Source of the DNA: Nitrospira sp.
Lineage (GTDB): Bacteria > Nitrospirota > Nitrospiria > Nitrospirales > Nitrospiraceae
DNA: 64,000 nt
Direction of reading: 5' to 3'
NCBI GenBank assembly: GCA_047150005.1
Contig: AP038806.1
Span: 2,016,001 to 2,080,000, forward strand
Shown in pieces: positions 58,748-64,000 of the stretch. The translations under genes and the position numbers were made by a program. The notes under the pieces were generated by a model. It worked only from the letters and a program-made list of their open reading frames with translations, did no database searches and was not told where the DNA came from. Each line of letters starts with the position of its first letter. Positions within the stretch are counted from its first letter, which is position 1.

Positions 58748-60814
58748 CTAGGCACTTCCTTTTCCGGTGAGGCTTGCGATCATGTCCTTCAAGTTGCCGG
58801 TCTTCATGGCATCGGCCATATAGCCCTTGGCCTGCTCGATGCCTTCGTTGGCGACCTCCAACGTGATCATCGTCACTCCGAGCTTTTCGGCATGCTTGAT
58901 GATGAGCGCTTTGGTGCAATCCCGCATGAATCCTTCCGGGGCGCGGTCCAGTCTGGCCTGGGCGTCGTCCGTCCAGGTGTAGGATGAGGGTTCGGAGCGT
59001 TCGTTCTCATGTGTTGCGTTGGCGCTCACAGATGCCAGCTTGGCCTCGGCTTCCACCGAGGTGCCGGCGCCCTTGTTGGCGAAAATTGGCTGGTAGTCTT
59101 CCTCCGCGGCCTCCTTGATCATCGGCGCGGCGTATTCGAGCGTGATGGTGGTCATGCCCAGCTTGCGGGCGCTCTTCTCGATCTTGGCCTTGGCCCGCCG
59201 CCGTTGGAATCCGGCTGGAACGGCGCGGATCGCTTCTTTGGCGTCCTTGGTCCATTGCATTGGCACGTCGTCGTAGGCCACATCGGTTTCGAGGTCGCCT
59301 TCGGCCTTCGCGGCCGCCTCGAAGATGCTCTTGTCGACTTGCTTGAATCGGCCGCCTTCGGCGCCGCAGACCGGACATTTCACCGGTGTGTCGCCCTTCC
59401 CGATGTATCCGCACCCGTCGCACACGTAATAGTTCTGAGTCATGCGATCGAGATAGGCCTGGGTCGCGGCCGAAGTCGTCGGCTTTTCTTGGACCACCTG
59501 GGTCATCATGCCGCTGAGCGTCGAGCCCATGAGATCCTTGGCAACCGCATCATCGGCCTGCATCTTGTCGCGGTCGATGCCGGCGGCCTCGAGGTTCCCG
59601 CCGAGCGCCCGCATCGCGTCCATCGCACCCTTCGGCAGAATGTGGCCGACGGCCGCGTCCACCACCGTGTTGCTGATGATCGTGTGGCCCTTCTCGATGG
59701 CATACCGGTGAATCGCCGTTTTGGCCACGCCGCGCGCGAACACGGGAATCTTCTCCATGCGTCGCAAGGCTTCTTCCGTCCAGGCGATCGTATATTCGGC
59801 CTGCGTATCGATCGGTGGCACATACTTGCGGTTGGACACCAGAACATTGCACGGCGCACTTCGGAGCAGGTTTTCCGTGTTGCTGCCGACGTCCATGTCC
59901 TCGTCGCTATGGACGCCGATCCGGCCGACGATCAGCAGGGCGGGAATGTCCTTGCGGACGTACTGAATGATCTTTTCGAACGCCTTGCCGTCGAGCAACG
60001 TGGTCTTGACGTCGGTCTCCTCTGCCTGGGCGATCTCACGCGAAATGTCGAGATGCGACTGGTAAATCTTGGCCAGGCCGCTGTCGATGATCTCTTCGTG
60101 CAGCTTTTCCTGCTCCTTGAAGCGGAACACCTTGCCGGCCTCCTCGTTCAGGACACCGGAAATGCTGTGGAACGCCGCGTAATGGAAGTAAGGATCGAAG
60201 GCCGAAATCACCTCGACCGGCATGTTGAACGCCTTGCCCAGCGACAGACCGGTCATGAGGCCGCCGAAGGAATAGGGACTGCCGTCCACGGCGACGACGA
60301 TCTTCCCGCCGGCGAACGGCTGGATATTCTTGATGATGAGCATGTCCGAATTGCGGACGCGACGGACCACTCGCTCGGTATTGCTGCCGATCACGCTGTC
60401 CTTGACCGCCCCGACCCCCAAGGCACCCATGATGACGAGATCGTACGCATTGGTGTTGATGTCCTCGGCCAGGACCTTCCAATTGCGGCCTTCAAGCGAG
60501 CGTCGCTCGACCGGCAGGTTCGCCTCATTACACTTCTTGTCGATGTAATCGAGATAGGAGTCAGTGATGATCTGCAGCCCGCGGGTGATCAGCGAATCAT
60601 GGATCTGGCGCTGCCGGTCGAGTTCCTTCTCGTCGTGGTACTCCTCCGGAAGCCCCGCTTCCATCTGCTTGAAGCGTTTGTCATGCATTTTTGCCGCATA
60701 GACATGGCTGCCCACGATCTTCGAGCCGAACGCCTTGGCCAGATGCACGCCCATATCCACGGCGGTATTAGAATGGTCGGAATTATCGACCGGAACATAG
60801 ATAGTCTTATACAT
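58748..60814 (-). CDS. tandem universal stress protein fused to a rubredoxin-like motif and three PCP_red-like domains
   Basis: Two USP domains (IYVPVD..S / GSNTERV; IVVAVDGS / GSNTENL), CDGC...CPVC, three WTxxA...P.F.R repeats; SD GGAGG. Confidence 0.88.
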   Translation of the reverse strand: MYKTIYVPVDNSDHSNTAVDMGVHLAKAFGSKIVGSHVYAAKMHDKRFKQMEAGLPEEYHDEKELDRQRQIHDSLITRGLQIITDSYLDYIDKKCNEANLPVERRSLEGRNWKVLAEDINTNAYDLVIMGALGVGAVKDSVIGSNTERVVRRVRNSDMLIIKNIQPFAGGKIVVAVDGSPYSFGGLMTGLSLGKAFNMPVEVISAFDPYFHYAAFHSISGVLNEEAGKVFRFKEQEKLHEEIIDSGLAKIYQSHLDISREIAQAEETDVKTTLLDGKAFEKIIQYVRKDIPALLIVGRIGVHSDEDMDVGSNTENLLRSAPCNVLVSNRKYVPPIDTQAEYTIAWTEEALRRMEKIPVFARGVAKTAIHRYAIEKGHTIISNTVVDAAVGHILPKGAMDAMRALGGNLEAAGIDRDKMQADDAVAKDLMGSTLSGMMTQVVQEKPTTSAATQAYLDRMTQNYYVCDGCGYIGKGDTPVKCPVCGAEGGRFKQVDKSIFEAAAKAEGDLETDVAYDDVPMQWTKDAKEAIRAVPAGFQRRRAKAKIEKSARKLGMTTITLEYAAPMIKEAAEEDYQPIFANKGAGTSVEAEAKLASVSANATHENERSEPSSYTWTDDAQARLDRAPEGFMRDCTKALIIKHAEKLGVTMITLEVANEGIEQAKGYMADAMKTGNLKDMIASLTGKGSA

Positions 60815-61032
60815 CGAGATGCCTCCTCCGGGCCCTCTCACCGGCAAGGTCGAACCGCCATAATTGCCAGAAAAACCAAACGGTTGACAAGCCTATCCAG
60901 TGTAAAAGAAGCGGCATGATAGCACCGACCGTCTCGGGAATGCAAGGCAATCGGCGAGCGTGAACGCCTCCGGTCGAGCCCGCCCCGATCGACAGATTTC
61001 GGACGCATCGGCAAATCTCGATCCCATGGTCC

Positions 61033-61047
61033 GCAAGCTTGGTGCCA
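61033..61047 (-). promoter_or_regulatory. sigma54 -24/-12 promoter
   Basis: TGGCACCAAGCTTGC, matching TGGCAC-N5-TTGC, about 220 nt upstream of the USP gene. Confidence 0.75.
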
Positions 61048-61251
61048 GATTGGCAGAGAAGCGGGTTTTCTCGAAAAAGGCGCTGGAACACAGGTTCACG
61101 AGTGAAATGCGCATGGGCGGACGAGGGAAAAATCCCGGCTCAGGCATGATGGGATCGTGAAGGAAGGCGATTTGTGACGAGGAGGCGCGGCCTGTCGCGA
61201 AAAGAGCAGGCAAGGGACTGGGGACCAACCAGGGGATGCGGGGTGCGCGTG

Positions 61252-62877
61252 CTACATGGGGGAGTGCGTCAGCGATTTTCTCTCGTCAAGTGAGGCGGTG
61301 CGGGACTTGGAGGTTCGTAGGATTTCTTCAAGAGACAGCAAGGCATCCCGCCCGGAATTGCCTTCAATGCCGCGAGCAAGGTTGGCGTCGGCATATGGTC
61401 CGGAGTCCGTGGAGGTTTGCGACAAGGAACCGGTCCATTTGCGAGGGTCGCGGCTTCCGCTCTTGCGCTCCCAGGCCTTGAGGCAGGCTTTGGCGATGAT
61501 CTTGTTGAGCGGGGCGGGGTTATACAGCAGCTTCCTGATGCTCGTCGGCGTCAGCATCAAGGGGTTGTAGCCGGCCGAGAGATACCCTTCCTCCAGCAAT
61601 CGCTGCTCCAGATCGGTATTCGGCTGGATGCCAAGGAAAAACATCAGGGGGAACACCCGCTCTTCGCCGAGAATCGCCGCCACGGTCTTGTAGGCCTCGA
61701 CGCTCTGCAGCAAAGTTTCTTCCGTCTCTTTGGGACTGTTCAGCGAGTAATTCAGGATCACCTTGCCTTTGAACCCGGCCTCCGCGAGATAGCGGCAGCC
61801 GTCATACAGCCGTTCGAGCTTGAAGCCCATGTGCAGGTTATTGAGGACTTCCTGCGACCCAGAGGTGATCGCCACTTCCAGATCTCCCACGCCGGATCGG
61901 ACCATCAGTTTCGCCAAGTCCGGGGTGATCAAGGAGGTTCGGATATAGCCGGACCATTCGATCTCCATCTTCTCGCTGATGATGCGTTCGAGGATTTCCG
62001 TGCACTGGGGATAGGCTTCCTTCCCGGTAATGAACTGCGCGTCGGTGAACCAGAAGCGCCGCGTGCCCCATTGATGGTAATGCTGGGCGATGTCCTTCAC
62101 CACCATGTCGGGGGGCCGGTATCGCACCCGCTTGCCTTCAATATACGGATAGAGGCAGAACGCACAGTCGTACGGACAGCCTCGCTTGGTCTGCACGCCG
62201 ATGGCCTCGCCCTGATATTCGCGGTACTGCGGGAAAATCGACGTGAGATAGGGGAGATCCACGGTCAAGGCGTCGAGCAGCGCCGGTGAGCCTTGCTGCC
62301 CCTTTCTGATCCGCCCTCCTTCCTTGACGATGTAGCGTTCGTCTTCGATAGACCGGCCCTCGATCAACTTGAGAATCGCGTCCTCGCCTTCGCCCAGGAG
62401 GCCGATGGTGCCTTCCGGCATCCTGTCGATCAATTGATCGGCAAAGGCGGTGAAGGCGCCGCCTCCGATCATGATCTGGGCCTTGGGAAATTCCTTCCGG
62501 ATAAGCCAGGGATAGGACAGGATCGTATAGATGTGGCGGTAATAGCGGTAGAGCTGTTTCACGCCTTCGATCGATGCGACGATGCGCTTGAACGGATTGC
62601 TGGCAAAGTAGAAGTTGAACGCATGTTCCAGCGAGGAATCCCCTTCATGGGGCGAGAAGATCTGGATATCGCGCCAGGAAAAGCAGACCAGGTCTGGCCG
62701 GAAGGCCGTGGCGGCGTCTCTGATCGCCTGGCTCCGCTGTGAGACCGGATAAAGGGACAGATCCAGAATCTGCTGACGGACCTCCGGCCTGCGGCGGTGA
62801 ATGAAGTCGGCCAGATAGGTGATCCCGATGGGATAGACCTTCTTGCAGGGCAGGAAGATGTAGAGGATAGAGTCCAT
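61252..62877 (-). CDS. cobalamin-binding radical SAM, Slr0320-like
   Basis: LPCKKVYPIGITYLAD, FSWRDIQIFSP, GVQTKRGCPYDCAFC, GIQPNT, KLLYNP. Confidence 0.82.
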   Translation of the reverse strand: MDSILYIFLPCKKVYPIGITYLADFIHRRRPEVRQQILDLSLYPVSQRSQAIRDAATAFRPDLVCFSWRDIQIFSPHEGDSSLEHAFNFYFASNPFKRIVASIEGVKQLYRYYRHIYTILSYPWLIRKEFPKAQIMIGGGAFTAFADQLIDRMPEGTIGLLGEGEDAILKLIEGRSIEDERYIVKEGGRIRKGQQGSPALLDALTVDLPYLTSIFPQYREYQGEAIGVQTKRGCPYDCAFCLYPYIEGKRVRYRPPDMVVKDIAQHYHQWGTRRFWFTDAQFITGKEAYPQCTEILERIISEKMEIEWSGYIRTSLITPDLAKLMVRSGVGDLEVAITSGSQEVLNNLHMGFKLERLYDGCRYLAEAGFKGKVILNYSLNSPKETEETLLQSVEAYKTVAAILGEERVFPLMFFLGIQPNTDLEQRLLEEGYLSAGYNPLMLTPTSIRKLLYNPAPLNKIIAKACLKAWERKSGSRDPRKWTGSLSQTSTDSGPYADANLARGIEGNSGRDALLSLEEILRTSKSRTASLDERKSLTHSPM

Positions 62878-63312
62878 TTAGTGCTGAGTGCTGGGTAATG
62901 AGTGCTGAGTTGATGAAACAGCACCGTCTTTCGTGAAAAGTCGCTTTTTCTGACCCGCGACAGAGGCCCTTAGTCCGCCGATTATACGCCCCACTTCTTC
63001 AGCCTGAAGCAAGACCTCGGAAAAGCGGTCTTTGTCGAGATACCCGGCGTCATGAGCCGCGTAAAGGTGAGAACGGACTTCGGCGCAAGAGCCCTTCGCG
63101 ACAGACAAGAACTGATGGAATTCTCCCGAGCGATTTCGTTCAAAGCCCTCTGCGATGTTCGCCATGATAGAAACGGCAGCTCGCTGGACCTGGCCGGCGA
63201 GTCCGATGTCCCTCGCGAATGTGCGCTCCCTGGTCAGTCTATAAACGGTTTGTGTCAACTCTCTTGCTTTCTGCCAGGCAACGAGGTCTTCAAACCGGTC
63301 AATTCTCATCAT
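62878..63312 (-). CDS. four helix bundle protein (23S rRNA IVS protein/Avd-like)
   Basis: FEDLVAWQKA, QVQRAAVSIMANIAEG, FLSVAKGSCAE. Confidence 0.93.
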   Translation of the reverse strand: MMRIDRFEDLVAWQKARELTQTVYRLTRERTFARDIGLAGQVQRAAVSIMANIAEGFERNRSGEFHQFLSVAKGSCAEVRSHLYAAHDAGYLDKDRFSEVLLQAEEVGRIIGGLRASVAGQKKRLFTKDGAVSSTQHSLPSTQH

Positions 63313-63340
63313 CGCTAACTCAGCACTTAGGACTCAGCAC
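62881..63340. mobile_element. putative TA-flanked element: heptamer inverted repeats enclosing the four helix bundle gene
   Basis: TA|GTGCTGAGTGCTGGGTAATGAGTGCTGAGTT ... AACTCAGCACTTAGGACTCAGCAC|TA; mobility is inferred. Confidence 0.6.
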
Positions 63341-64000
63341 TATTTAGTGGCCACATGTATTGCCACGATCCCGCCCGAAAGGTTTCGATAGGAGACCTCT
63401 CGGAAGCCGGCCTCTCGCAGGATCAGGCACAGCCGTTCCTGATCGGGAAAGGTGCGGATTGACGCGGGGAGATATTCATAAACCCCGGTCTTGTCGCGGG
63501 CGACCTTCGTGCCGATCCACGGCAGCAACCTAAAAGAATACCAATCGTACAGGGTACGAAGCCACCCGAACACCGGCCGGGAGAACTCCAGGCAGACGAA
63601 CGTGCCGCCCGGCTTCATCACCCGGCGGATCTCACCCACAGCCTGGGCCAGGTTGCCGACATTGCGCATGCAAAAGCCGGTCGTCACCGCGTCGAATATA
63701 TTGTCGGCAAACCCCAAATGCTCGGCATTCGCTTGGAGACAGGTGATTTTGCCTGCCAAACCCTTGGCGCTGACCTTCTTCAGTCCTTCCGCCAACATGG
63801 CATGGTTCAAGTCGGAGGCGACGACGTGCCCCTTTGCGCCCATGCGGGGTTCCAGCAACAGCGCCAGGTCGGCCGTGCCGGCACCGACGTCGAGCGCCGT
63901 ACCCTGCTCAACGAGCGGGACGAGCGAGGCCGTCAGCTTTTTCCAGCGATGGTGAAGGCCGAAGCTCAGCAGCGTGTTGTTCAGGTCGTAGCAGCCGGCG
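63340..64000 (-). CDS. ubiE: UbiE/MenG family quinone methyltransferase (5'-truncated)
   Basis: YDLNNTLLSFGLHHRWK, DVGAGTADL, MRNV, KPGG..CLEFS, YEYLPASI. Confidence 0.92.
   Translation of the reverse strand, partial: AGCYDLNNTLLSFGLHHRWKKLTASLVPLVEQGTALDVGAGTADLALLLEPRMGAKGHVVASDLNHAMLAEGLKKVSAKGLAGKITCLQANAEHLGFADNIFDAVTTGFCMRNVGNLAQAVGEIRRVMKPGGTFVCLEFSRPVFGWLRTLYDWYSFRLLPWIGTKVARDKTGVYEYLPASIRTFPDQERLCLILREAGFREVSYRNLSGGIVAIHVATK

Noticed and set aside
29384..63340. Short repeats as a CRISPR array, or the four-helix-bundle gene as part of a DGR
   Set aside because: No constant repeat-spacer pattern, cas genes, reverse transcriptase or TR/VR pair seen

Overview
GC-rich bacterial chromosome segment. 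Gene order and intergenic repeats resemble Nitrospira/Nitrospirota (recognition only, not a database result). It is mostly housekeeping: an argD-argF-argG-argH-lipoprotein-B12 radical SAM-lysA-dapA-dapB cluster, then transaldolase, uracil-DNA glycosylase, lytic transglycosylase, glycerate kinase, an RPH/PigC-like PEP-utilising enzyme, rmuC, panC/folK/dapL, an ABC exporter, truD, gpsA, pdxA, rsmA, ftsK and lolA. I saw no rRNA, tRNA, CRISPR array or transposase. Three things stand out. (1) Heptamer-built inverted-repeat elements sit at gene junctions. One encloses a four-helix-bundle (23S IVS/Avd-like) gene, two are empty, and two are bounded by TA...TA at a stop codon, so precise excision restores a clean operon junction. 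(2) A sigma54-preceded operon encodes a USP-USP-rubredoxin protein with three PCP_red-like repeats, next to an AhbD/NirJ-like radical SAM with a fourth copy, a CopD-like membrane protein and an Slr0320-like B12 radical SAM. (3) A split, order-reversed ArgZ/AgrE-like pair (ornithine cyclodeaminase-like plus arginine dihydrolase-like) lies just upstream of nickel-pincer genes larB/larC, with no larA in the window. A 50-aa zinc-ribbon ORF missed by the ORF track and several probable leaderless promoters were also found.
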